Below, one piece after another: positions 50,202 through 62,272 of a stretch of DNA of 64,000 nt. Numbering within the stretch: the stretch's first letter is position 1; every line of letters begins with the position of its first letter. Source of the stretch: Azolla caroliniana (Eukaryota; Plantae; Polypodiophyta). The translations under genes and the position numbers were made by a program. Location: contig JBHGNT010000006.1 in the NCBI GenBank assembly GCA_043228905.1, positions 1,364,001 through 1,428,000 of the forward strand, in the 5' to 3' direction. The notes beneath the pieces were generated by a model. That model was not told the DNA's origin. It ran no database searches and saw only the letters and a program-made list of their open reading frames with translations.

Positions 50202-53200
50202 ATGAGTGAAGATTCACCGTTCTCGATTGAAGAATATTGTTTGTCATCAGACCCATCGTTTTCTACTGAAGAGTATTGTTTGTCAACAGAGTCACCATAT
50301 TCGATTGAAGAATATTGTCTGTCGACCGACTCACCATATTCTATCGAAGAATATTGTCTGAGCTCATCTACAGGGAATGTAAATAATGACACATGTGAAG
50401 AGTTCTCTATTGAAGAATACGATATTAATAAAGATACCGAGAATGAAGGAAGTGCCCAGGAAACATTGAATAACATTGGCGATGGTCAGAACAGAGAATT
50501 AGACTGTAACAAAGTTACACCAACCTCTATGCAGGAAGAGAAATCTGGGAGCCCTATGCATATTAGAAGAATCCCACGAAGAATTCGTCTAGCTAGATTT
50601 AGCTTGGTGACATCAGATAAACAGATTGGATTTGATGTCAACAAAATATGTTGTGCCCGTGGTTGTATGTCTATGATTGGAAAATCAAAGTTGCGAGAAT
50701 TAAGGCGATACTATTTTTCGATGACCGGTGATGAGCAAGACACTTACCTCGGATCATATATGCAACTAGTATCTGACAAATGTACGGGGATCAAAGTATC
50801 ATTCGAGTATTATATCTTCCATGCGCAACAGATATGTAGAGTTGCATTCAAAATTGCGTTATGTGTTAGTAACATGCGGCTACATAGAGTACAACAACGT
50901 CTACTTAGCGGGGATCAGATGCTCAATTGTAAAGAGGTTCCAAGTATGAAAGGTGCAATTGGAAGACTAGCTATTGGCTGGATGAAAACTTACTTTCAGT
51001 TAAATTGTGAAGTAATGCCCACTACAGGTAGGATGCATCTTTCTGATAATTATACCCGTCGGGAAGTTTATGATGTCTATCGATCTGAAATGCTGGGCTC
51101 ACGTAATAAGTCTATCACCTATAGCCAATTCACAAGATTATGGAGAGCTCGGTTTTCAAATGTTATTATTCCTCGTAAAGTACGTATGGGGTATTGCTCC
51201 ATTTGTGCAAATCTTAAAAGTTTGGCTAAAGGTGCAAAGACATCAATGGAGAAGGATACGAGTAAGAAGTTACTACAAGAGCATCGTGAGGCACAATCCT
51301 TAGAACGAAGGAAGGCGATGCATCATAGAGAGAAGTGTTTGAAGAGGCCTGAACAATACATGTGCTTAATGATAGATGGCATGGACCAGAAGAAGACATG
51401 CTTGCCGCATATGCGGAGGCTCCCCAAAGATGTCAATGATGAGTGCCTTGTTCAAATGCACTTGGTGGGATGCTTGGCTTATAATAGGTCTGTTCGACCT
51501 CACGTTGTCGTGAAGATTTTCGTCCATAGGCGGAAAACCGAGCGAAGCAAGCAAACCCGCGATGTGCAACGTTGCACATCAACATGTTGTATTTCTATTT
51601 ATCGATAGTGATAAGTATGGTGCTAGAAATGCACCTTAGGATTTGTAAAGTGTAAAGGTGATGTGCTTTTGCGCGCACATCCACGTGAGAGAGAGAGATA
51701 GGTACATAGTAGTTCGTGTAGAGGTGGGAGTTAAGACCCATCCTTCCCACCTCCCCTAAAATCAAGGGAAATATCCCCATTGATTGAAAGGGGATATTTT
51801 GTAGCACCCTTTTTGTAAACGGTCTTCTCTCCTTGTGCTATAAAAGGAGAGGAAGAGCACCATTGTGGGGGTTGCCTTATTTTTTAGTGTGAGTGAGGTA
51901 TACCATTTCGTTTTAGGGTTAGGGTTTCGTTTAGGGTTCCTTAGTTAGGGTTTCTTGTGTCGTTTGGTGCGGCCTACGCGGCCGCCATTTTGTAATCGGT
52001 TTTCGGTTCTAATATATCTTGTTGAGCATTTGGCCTCCATCTTCCTCTTGTTCATTCTTTCTCTTCTTGTGCTAAGCTCCATTCCGAAGTCCTATTCCCT
52101 CTCCCCTTCTCCTTAGTCCAAGACCCCCGTGGTTCCGCCCTTCTCCACGCACGCGCGTAACAACGCGACAACGTCTTCATTACTTACCCCAATGTTCACA
52201 ATGACCCTAACCTAACAGTTACAGTGATTCACCGAGTTTTGATGTCTTGGGGACAACCTTTCCCCCCTGTTCTATACATTCAATTGGACAATACTGCTAG
52301 AGAAAACAAAAATTCAACTGTATTTGGCTATCTAAGTATGTTGGTCAACCTAGAATTGTTTAGGAAAGTGAAAGTCAATTTCCTTTTGGTTGGCCACACA
52401 CATGACCATATAGATCAGATGTTTAGCACATTCTCCAGACAGTTGTCTCGGCATGATGCTTTCACTTTACCTAAACTATTTGATGTCATTTGTGATGCAT
52501 ATACACCACGCCCAAAAGTGTTACACTTGAAGGAGGTATATGACTTTAAGAGATATATATTAGATGGGGGTGGTGGGAATGTTAAAGTGCTTGCTCAGTT
52601 AAACAATATAAGTTTCAATCACATTTTTTTGATAAAGAAAAATGGAATAAGTGGTTCTACACTTTTGTATGCTAAACAATATTCATCTTCTACAACATGG
52701 GAACCTGAAGGTGGTTGCCAGTTATTACTTTGTATGCCGAGTACAATTGTCCATGGAGCTAAGCAAATGCCAATTGAGAAGAAAGGACAGTTGCAAAGCG
52801 ACTTGGTATCAGAACAAAAACGGTCATGGCTCCAAGCCTTAGAAGAAAAAAGAAAGCATATTGAGGCCGCCAAGAAATATGCCGCACAACAAGACACGTC
52901 ATGGTGGGATGTATTTTATAATGATCAGAATGAAATTATAGACAATTGTGTATCTGTTGATAATTGGAATTTGGAAACGCCATTCACATGGTCGCTGCAA
53001 CATGATCGCGTAAATAGAAGTCCGGAGCGACTAGTAAATGCGATTAATGACAGCTTGGTCCATCCACAACAAAGAGACATTTATGTGGGACCAAGGATGA
53101 CCAAAGCAGCCGAAGCTAGATGGCAAGGAAATTTGCAAGAGCTCACCACGGGGATGTTGATTGCAACGCCGGCTGATGAGAACTCACATGGCCACCAATT

Positions 53201-53651
53201 TTGGGTTGGTAAAATTCTAGAAGTGCTAATGCATGAAATAGAAAACACGATCAAGTCTATAAATGTTCATTGGTACAACACTAGAAGTGCAAATGCTTTT
53301 ACAGGTAAGTATACATTGGAGATGATTGAATGCCAAACAAGAAGGGGAGGTAGGAAGAGGAAGCGAAACATTCGTAACACCTCGACCCTTGATATCTCTG
53401 ATGTGGATATCATCGTGTACGACTTCACACTTACAAAAGTCGGACGATTAAGGAAGTCAGCAATAGATATAATAAAAGAAAAATTACCAGGTCTACAAGG
53501 TGGCTCGAGTCAAAGGCAAACGAGATCTGCTACATATAATCTAGAGTCAAACCATTTGGTTTATGACGAAGATAATGCACTGATTGGTACATCCGAGGAT
53601 GATGAGGAGGAATCGTCATTGTATATTAGTTATAGTAGTGATTCTCCGTAA
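50202..53651 (+). pseudogene. Sola1-like DDD transposase (~926 aa once the solo LTR is removed: 50202-51505 + 52175-53651)
   Basis: Motifs CSICANLK, MIDGMDQKKTCLPH, LYIQLDNTARENKN, FLLVGHTHDHIDQMFS; removing 51506-52174 restores ...RPHVFITYPNVHNDPNLTVTVIHRVL in frame; lies inside the TIRs. Confidence 0.8.
51506..52170 (+). mobile_element. Solo LTR inserted in the transposase
   Basis: TGTCG...CGACA termini, 4-bp duplication ACGT, similar to the LTR at 57375-58179. Confidence 0.88.
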
Positions 53652-54402
53652 AGGACTCTATCATGAATGTATATTTGGCTATTAAGTGTAACTACATTCC
53701 GCTTGTAACAAATCGAGTAATATAAAATCATGTGTTTTGAATTCTTATGATTTCCCAAAAATCGTTTCTTATAAAATAACATTGGTTGTAAAGTTTGTGA
53801 TATAAATTGAGAATGTACGTTTTTCAAATTCGTCTTTTTTTAGTTACTTCTAAATCACGAAAATAGTGGATTTTTAACCTTTTTCATAGTATGTTTGAAC
53901 TTGTATGATACTGGTATCAATGTGTTTTGTAAAATCATTGAAAAACCCCTAAAATTACCCTTATCCTTCCATTTATGCGCGATCCTTCCACTTGTGAACG
54001 CGAACGTGATTGTTTTCTTAATATGTTAAATACTTATAAAATACGTAAAGTATGTAAAATACATATTTTACGTATAGTACGTTAAATACTTCTAGAATTT
54101 GAAAATTATTTACCTTTCTAAAAAATATCTATAATATTATAAAAAACATCTATGTTTACACAATTTTGTGATGTACAATATAGTTCTACATCCTAAAATC
54201 CATATAAGACATTTGAACATTTCACATCCTAAAATACCTATAGTAATATGGATGTCGACATTCCCTTATTCTATAAATCAGTGTAAGTGTGTATCACGAT
54301 GTTCTACTTCAAATTGTAATTATTTACAATTGTGCCTTCATAGATTGAGGAATCGTTTACAATTATCACACTCATGATAGGTTTCTCTTTTCTTCGTTTT
54401 CT

Positions 54403-56018
54403 ATGAAAGAGCTCCACTACTTCCTCGGCATTGAGGTAATTCGGACTCCGGCCGGAATCATGATCTATCAACGGCACTACATCCTCAACTTGTTATACAA
54501 GTTTGGAATGGTTGAGTGCAAATCCGCGGCAACCCCGCTCGATCGCAATCTCAAACTAGATGCGAACTCCGGCACCAAAGCGTGTGAGCCGACTCAGTAT
54601 CGGCAACTCATCGGGAGTCTCATCTACCTCACGATCACTCGACCCCAAAGCGTGTGAGCCGACTCAGTATCGGCAACTCATCGGGAGTCTCATCTACCTC
54701 ACGATCACTCGACCCAATCTCAGTTATCCGGTCGGTCTCCTTAGCCAATTCATGCAAACACCGCGTTGATAGTCACTTGGGTTGCGCTAAGCGAATTCTA
54801 CGATACGTGAGCAGCACAATGGATTGCGGCATCCTCTACAAGACCGCGATGCCAATACGACTCGAGGGGTACACAGAAACCGATTGGGCCGGCTACAAAG
54901 CCGATAGAAGATCAACCTCCGGATTTGTTTTCTCCCTCGGCAGCGGAGCAATATCCTAGAGTAGCAAAAAGCAACCAATCTTCGCTCTTTCGAGTACATA
55001 GGCAGAATATAGGAGTGCGGCGGTGGCCGCATGTGAAGTCGTATGGCTCAAAAGGATACTCAAGGATCTGGGCGTACCCATCAAGGATCCGACTTCCCTT
55101 TATTGCGACAACATGAGCAGTATCTATCCGGCTTGAAACCCGGTGTTCCACGCGCGGACAATGCACATCGAAGTGCACTATCACTTCATCCCAGAGCGCA
55201 TTCTAGCTGGCGATGTCGACCTACAACATATTAGCACCAATCTTCAAACGGCCGACATCTTCACTAAAGCTTTAGGAGCCGACAAGCTATGGCAATTCAT
55301 GACCGATCTCGGATTGATGATCCCTGACCTGCCAAGCTTGAGGGGGAGTACGCAAGACACTACGCAATAACGCGTAGATTCCGCAACCGCGCACTACGCA
55401 ATAACGCGTGGATTCCGCAAACCACGCAACAAAGCCGCGAAGAGCCAATCTACCGCGCAAAGCCGCGAAGAAAGACGCAAGTCGAAGCACAGACTTCGCA
55501 ACTACGCACAACGCAAGCTGGAGCACGGATTCCGCAACTCCGCATAAATGCGAAACAATGCGAGTCGACGCGGACTCCGGAACGCGAGTCGAAGCTTATT
55601 TTGGATACCGTCCGAAACTGACCCGACTTGAGCTTGAGGAGGTGTGTTGAGAATCAAGCTCAACTTGGTCTAGTGTGTGAACTCACCTTGAGAGTGAATA
55701 GACACTCCAACGGTCAAGAGTCACCACTATGTCACCACTTTGTATTCTAGAATTTAGTATGAGTCATAGAATCATATTCTATGACACATACCTTATGAGC
55801 TTTCACATTCCCCATGCTCCATGAGCCTTGTAGTTAATGAAGAGAGAGGGTGACTATATAAAGCACCCTCCACCCACCTTGTATTGTGTTGAGTCTTTCT
55901 CCTTTATTAATATACTTAACCTTGCGTATTCTCTGTGTCTTACTCTCTCTCTCTCTCATACACTCACACACATCTCTCACCTATTCTGCTATACAAGAAT
56001 CATACCCGATTCTTTACA
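54403..56018 (+). mobile_element. 5'-truncated degenerate copia (RT end, RNase H, 3' LTR 55645-56018)
   Basis: [30 protein letters not shown]; PPT GAGGAGGTG, then TGTTG...TTACA; internal 70-bp duplication at 54576-54715. Confidence 0.85.
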
Positions 56019-56459
56019 TTTACAATTATGCCTTCATAGATTGAGGAATCGTCTACAATTATCACACTCATAATAGGTTTCTCTTTTCTTCGTTTTCTTC
56101 GTTTTCTTCTTCTTCTTCTATCTTCTGCGATTATCACACTCAAGACAGGTTTATGTCTTCTTTTCTCCCTTCTTCTTCTTCATCTTCTTCATCATCGTCT
56201 CTTCTATTCTTCTTTCTTCCTTCCTTTGGCTTCTTTTTCACTAAAATCTGTTTTTTTCTTTTGCTTTTTGTTAGGGTTTTACTTACATTTTCTTTATAAA
56301 TACGTATTATACCTGTTTTTTTATAAATACGTTAAATACCGTATTGGACAAATGTACATGATATTTGACTGACTCAACATTGAGGTATAGTACGTACTAT
56401 ACAAATGATGAGGTACTATACGTATTTAAACGTTAAATACGGCTACGTAAACAACCATG

Positions 56460-58179
56460 GTGCGGAGCAAGCGATCCTCTCGTCTTGCCGAAAGGGGACG
56501 ACCATGGATGAGGCCGGAGACTACGGAGCGGGGAGCGCCACTTCGAGAGTGGGCGGAAGTTTCGGGGCACGGTTGCCCGAAACATCGAATGGGGAGGAAG
56601 TAAACGTAATCGAGGCTTGCGCGATTGAAGACGAGGTAGCCACGAACAACGACGTCCGGGTGGAGATGGCTACGAACATGACGAGCGATGGTGTCGAGAC
56701 CTTGCCCACACCAATTCTTGAGACTCCGGCGGTCGGCCACGAGGGCCCACGTTAGACCCAAGAGACAGAAGGGTGTAGCGGCAAGGTGGGTGACCGAGAT
56801 GACGAGGAGGAAGATTGTAGCAGACGAGGAGAGATCCCTTGACACTGTTGCTGGAGACTACGGCGGTTGCGCCCGAGTGTGGACATAAGACCGGAGAGAT
56901 GGGCAGTGGCCGTCAGGAGGCGTGGCACAGAGCGGGCATATACAAAGAGGAAGACGCGAGGCCCGGAACAGGCATATACAAAGGGAACGAAGGAGGGGCT
57001 GGGAGCCACAACGGTGTTCGAGAGTACCGATCGGGTAAGAAGGTGCAAGCGTTAGATATGGCGGATCGGATGCAGCCGAGGACTCGTGGACATGCGGCGA
57101 ATACGATGGATCGGGAGGCTACGGCGGTTCGTGTGGGAAGGACGGGCATGCTCGAAATGGAAGACAAAGTCGAGCAAGGTCAATGAGGATTGCCGCGAAG
57201 GCGAGCTCCCGGGAGGATGGATCGGTCAGGAAGTCGACAAATCGGGGTCGGTAGGAGCCGGCAAGCCAGTCGGGTGTTGGGACGGCGGAGGACTCGGTTG
57301 ATCACCGTCACCGAAATCTCTCACCTTTTCCCTCTTGGCACATACCGATGGATGTGCGGTTTGGTGGGGGCGGATGTCGTGAAGATTTCCGGCTACGGTG
57401 AGAAACTCAGGTAGGACAAATAAAATGGGGATGTGCAACATTGCACATGCACTTGTAAATTTGTATAATGAGAATAAGATAACAAAATGTAAGGGGAAGG
57501 GTAATAATCTAAGGTGCTAAAGGTGCACCATGAGGTTCATAGAGGCATAAAGGTGATGTGTACTTTGTAGACTAGAGAAAAGTACATGAAGAATGGGTGT
57601 AGGGAGTAGTGGGCATTGAGTGTGAATGTGAGAGGAGAGAGAGTTAAAGGCCCACCGATTTAAGATCAAGGAAAAATATTCCTCATTGAAAGAAGGGGAT
57701 TTGACCTCTCCTTTTGTAATGTGCCTCACCCCTTACTACTATAAAAGGGAGTGAGGGGTCTCTTGTGAAGGGGTTGTCTATTTTGAGTGAGGTCCACCTT
57801 TGGGGTTTTCTTTGGGGAGTCGCCATTTTGTTGTTTCGGGGTAGACCATTAGGGTTTTAATGATCCCTATTTAGTTTTAGGGTTTGGGGTTTTGGGATCT
57901 CGTTTTTAGGGTTTCATTCATTCATTCTTCTTCTTCTTTACCTCTCCGGTTAGGGTTTCTTGTAGTCGTTTGGTTTGGCCTATGCAGCCATGGTTGTAAT
58001 CGTTTGCAGATTCTTAATATAATTTGTTTGTGTATCTTGCCTCCATCTTTTTCTTAATATAATGTCTTATTCTTTCTCCTCTCCTCTTGAGCGAAGCTCC
58101 CATTTCTCCTTTACTCCCTAGTCCAAGATCCCCGTGGTCCCGCCTAGGATCCTACACGTACTCATAGATTTCCGCGACA
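56460..58179 (+). mobile_element. 3' internal region and 3' LTR (57375-58179) of a gypsy-like element
   Basis: Purine-rich GGTGGGGGCGGA followed by TGTCG...CGACA; homologous to solo LTR 51506-52170. Confidence 0.7.
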
Positions 58180-59170
58180 ACGACACACTCCGATGGAAGA
58201 ACCGCAAGAACGACGATTGCAGTTGGTCGAAGGTTGCGAATGTTATTAGATCGAGCTTGGAGTGCCAGCGCACAGCCGGTCCATCCAAGGTTAACCCGAA
58301 CTCAGCGACCTTCGATTCGTGGCCTTCCACCTCTGGCAGCCTCTGTGCCATGTGGTTGGCGTTCCACACGTTGAGGAACAAGCATAGGTGGCTCTTGGCG
58401 TTGGTTTCTCTGCTGAAATGAGGGTATGAAAAGGCCATTCTGGTTGCGATAATGAAGCTAGGCAAGGGAAGGTTGATGCTTCCGCGATTAGGGCTGTTGT
58501 GAAGCTTAGTCACACTATATTGTTCTAGGTGCGATAGGACTTCCTGTCCAATGTCGCTATGTTCTGTGAGTGTAGAGTCTACTGTGTATTCCTGAAGAGA
58601 GGGGGCGCTCGATCTTGTCGAGTGGGTTCTCTGATACATCGGCGGCTAGACATCTATTCCTTATTGCGCGGCTCTGAGGATTCACAAATCACTAGGCGTG
58701 CCAAAAGTGTTGTTGGTTAGGAACATGGCCTACCCTTAGTCCTTCGGGGTAGGTATCAAGGTGATCGTGGTGCAAGGGAGAGGAGGTTGGTGTAGCATGT
58801 AGGACATAGGGACTTATGCAGTAGAGCGTATACAAAAGGCATAATGGGAGACAACTACAACCGAGCTCCTACTATACGTAAGTACGCACACGTACTTCAC
58901 CTTACACTTACTCGTACACAATCACGCACAGGGATGCAAGACAAGAAACAAGACACAAGAGACAGGAATCAGAGAAGACAAAAACTACATTAAAAGACTA
59001 TGCTCAAAAATGCGTTAACCCTTTACAATGTTCATATGCCCTTTATATACTCAAGGCCTAGTCGGTTAGGTTTCCCACGTGAACCGTTACACGCGTTACT
59101 TCAATGCTTCTATTATAATTAATACGCTTCTTTATTATGCGTTATTTACATTTGTCCTCTTATGGCGGAC
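58180..59170 (-). mobile_element. Gypsy gag N-terminal remnant with PBS (58692-58703) and adjacent LTR from 58708
   Basis: Gag-like FGLTLDGPAVRWH...FDQLQSSFLRFF; minus strand reads CAACA-CTTT-TGGCACGCCTAG; outer LTR end uncertain. Confidence 0.6.
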
Positions 59171-59355
59171 AATAGGACCTTCTGTAGGTTCGTCGTTTTC
59201 TCTATCTCCAAGCTTAATCAAAAGCTCGGGAACTTCCCCTTTTCTTTCTCCTGTGAATCACATCTCTTGGGCCTGCTCCAGGTGTTGTACCTCCCCGAAG
59301 GGCCTGCCCCTCTGGCCTTTCCAGCCCGCTTGTCATCGACCAGAACCTTGTAGTT

Positions 59356-61418
59356 CTAGCAAGCGGCTTCTACGAAGCCGGTCTTCTCCTCAACCAGATC
59401 GCTCCATCCGGTGACTTCGCGAACCCGCCCCTCCGCGCGGTCCACTTCCTCCGTCTTCAGCTTCTTTCCGTGGAAGCCCTCTAGTACTACTGGCCAAAAT
59501 CCAGAGTCGAACCTGGAGCCGGTGGCTTTCTCTCCGCGCACAGGGATGCCAGCCGAGGCCAAGTAGTGAATGGCCTCGACATGACGCGTTGCCTCCTCCT
59601 CCATTATTCTCTTCATGCCTCCTCGTCCGATATTTAATTCGAGTGTTCTTCGCATGTCATTCATGTGCACCCGGCCATTCCAAAGGTACACCACATTACT
59701 TCTAAGCGCTTCACTAAAGTCGGTGCAGTCTCTTCGGGCGTGGCCAACGACATCATACCATATACACCTTTGGTCAACTGGCAGATGTTGGTTCCGCGAT
59801 TGGCCTCCATCGTCCCTTCGGGCTTGACCGATCTGGAGATCGTGCACCATCTTCGTCAGCTCCTCTACAGCCGTGGCCCCGGAAGGTCGTGCGACCACAT
59901 TGGTTGGTGTCCTACCCGACTCGAGCCATAGTCTCGTTTCGTCCGTTCTCGTCAGAAGCGGTTCCTCCGGCTTCCTCTCGGCACCCGCGCCGATCGTTGA
60001 CGACCCCGCATCGTTCCAATCGCGCCAGTTGTCGAAACAACCGCAAACTCTTTTGACCATGGCCCAATCGACCGTGATCCCTTCATCCGTCTCCAAGAGG
60101 AAACCAACCTTCTCACGGTCATGCACATCGACAGACTTCACAAACACTAGGACCTTGCTCATATCGAGCATGGTCCGGTCTAGCGTCGAGAGTCGCGCAA
60201 ACCGCTTTTTGAACTCCTGAAGCAAAGCCAACGTATTTTGTCCCTTGTCGGGGCTCTCGGTCCAATCCATAAAGTCCTTCTTCAATAGCGGCCCCTCGAA
60301 GTCTACCCAATTACGGCAATCCACTTGCACTTCGAGCACCTGCCCATGGATGCTCGACATTACGACCCGAGGGAATCCGGACAGCCATCCATCCTCCAGA
60401 ATATTCCTCATCAACATCTCAACCCTATAGGCCTCAAGGTAGCTTGTTGTGTATTTCCCATTAAACCGGCCTACCTTGTCGACCATCGTTTCTATGGCCC
60501 TATCAAGTGTGCTCGTGCCCTCGCGAGCGTTAACTAGGCGGTCTACAGCCATCGCCATTACTTCAGTGAGTTCACTTCCTCTCATCTTCGGACTCCTTTG
60601 CTGCCCCTTTCATGTTGGGTTCACCAAATATGTTGCGGTTTTCCGCGAGTATGTGTTGAAACGGGCAGGACCACGGGGGTCACGAACCAAGGAGTCAGAG
60701 GGAGTAGGAAGAGTGATTGTGACGGTGTTCCTGGTCGGTTATCGTAAGCGGGACAGTGAGTGTGTAGGTTCGCGGAAGGAACCGTGTCGCGCAATTCGCA
60801 GGTAGAGCGGAAAACTAGTTACAAAGAAACAGAAATAGAGATGAAAACCCAAAACGAGAAGAGATTGACTGGAACAATCAAAACGAATTGATTAAGGTAA
60901 GTAGTATAGAACCGGGCTCGGCCGGTAGTAGAGTTGTGCGCTCTACGAAACACACCCCCACCCGAACACGCACACAGACAAATCAAGGAGCCTCTGGTCG
61001 AGAGCTCACAGGCTTCCTGCTCGAGCTTAGGCTTCCTTTTAGAATCGTACACAAGACAAAGAGCAACCGAGAGAGAGAGAGAGAGAGCTCAGTCCACAAA
61101 CCGACATCAGTTCGTCCTCCCCAAAAACCGGATCCCTAAAACAAGCTCAAGCCTCCCGTTTTATAGCACAAGGGGAGACCGTTACATCATGATCAGTGTC
61201 AGAGATTCCCCACTTTGATTTCTTCACATCAAATCCCCGCATTCTCTCTATGCGTGTGGGACTCTAAAGTATCCTTTAATTCCTACTACCTAGTAGGTAC
61301 TAGTCCTATGCTATTTACATTATGTTTGTACATGTTTCTTGATTCGGGTGTATCGAGCATACACCCGTTCGCATGCGCTTGGCCGCGTTTCTCTTTATGT
61401 CTGGAATCCTTCACAACA
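59356..61418 (-). mobile_element. Gypsy 5' LTR (60631-61418), PBS (60614-60626) and decayed gag ORF (60585-59356)
   Basis: TGTTG...CAACA termini; TGGTGAACCCAAC PBS-like sequence; gag-like VGRFNG, LTKMVHDLQI and a decayed knuckle CIWYDVVGHARRDC. Confidence 0.7.
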
Positions 61419-61833
61419 ACGTATGAGTGCATATAAATACACATTGAATTATATCAAACTTCAAAAGTAATTGACATCAAACCCCAAATTCCCAAGTTCA
61501 AATTCCTATAGCTCCCCTTGAACTTTCACACACACTCTGGCTTTCCACTACAATAGTTAGCCGCCTTGTCCTTTCATGTAGCTTTGGAAAACTTGCACTT
61601 AGACTACGATTAGTGGAACAACATTGTGAATCACATTGGCTACACGTTACTCTTGGTGTCCTTACTTTTAAATCTCATATTTTGAGTGACATAGAGTGAG
61701 TGCCTTTTCTATTTGTTAGGGGTCGAGGTGAATTAAGGAATGGGAATAGAGTTAACATCAGTTTAGCGTTGATACCCTAGTTATCTTCGTTTTGATTTTG
61801 ATACCCTAGTTATCTTCGTTTTGTGTTGTTTAT

Positions 61834-62272
61834 TGTTGAGATATCAAGGCTACTCAACTAGATTTAGTTAGTTAGTAGTTACGTAGATAGAATCTAGTTA
61901 GTGTGTTGACCTTAAAGCCTTAAATAGGATTTTGTACTTGAGTGAGATACATTGTAGATCCTCCACTCCCATGTTCATTTAATATAGGACTTACACCTTT
62001 GTACCTATATTCTACTCACACATATGCACCTTTGCACACAAGAGATGTAAATATAACTCATTGTGGGTATTTTTGTATTTGATGATACTAATTAATATAG
62101 AGGAAAGGCCTTTAACTACACTCTTGTCAATCATCCCCCATTTACATTATTGTTCATAAGTGTAACTTCCTCTCTCTCTTCTGCTCACACACATATCACA
62201 TAATCTTCTGGTGCTTAACTACTCACATAATTAGTCACTAATTAACCCTTGTTAATTACCTAATTATTAACA
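61834..62272 (+). mobile_element. Copia solo LTR related to LTR 1406-2237
   Basis: TGTTG...TAACA, near-TSD TTTAT/TCTAT; shares CATTGTGGGTATTTTTGTATTTGATGAT and TTACCTAATT.TTAACA with the first LTR. Confidence 0.75.

Larger units (their letters stand above)
43830..54010. mobile_element. Two-gene cut-and-paste DNA transposon, Sola-like (4-bp TSD)
   Basis: Left end AACACGTTCGCGTTCACAAGTGGAAGGATTGCGCAT, right end ATGCGCGATCCTTCCACTTGTGAACGCGAACGTGAT (2 mismatches in 36 bp); TSD TGTT at 43826-43829 and 54011-54014; the empty site AAATATGTTTTCTTAATATG is visible in the duplicate at ~43722. Confidence 0.9.
43639..56459. mobile_element. Putative AT-rich non-autonomous TIR element hosting the Sola-like transposon and a copia fragment
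   Basis: Ends CAAGGTTGTT / AACAACCATG are imperfect inverted repeats; shared AATACGTTAAATA/TAGTAC motifs at 43650-43829, 54011-54100 and 56290-56450; no TSD found. Confidence 0.4.

Noticed and set aside
44878-53651. Bacterial contamination or a restriction-modification operon
   Set aside because: The MTase gene has five GT-AG introns, lies within TIRs with a TSD, and its partner gene is interrupted by a plant LTR
43082-58179. One LTR element bounded by 43082 and 58179
   Set aside because: The two putative LTRs share only the terminal TGTCGTG and the flanks differ (ACGT vs ACGA)
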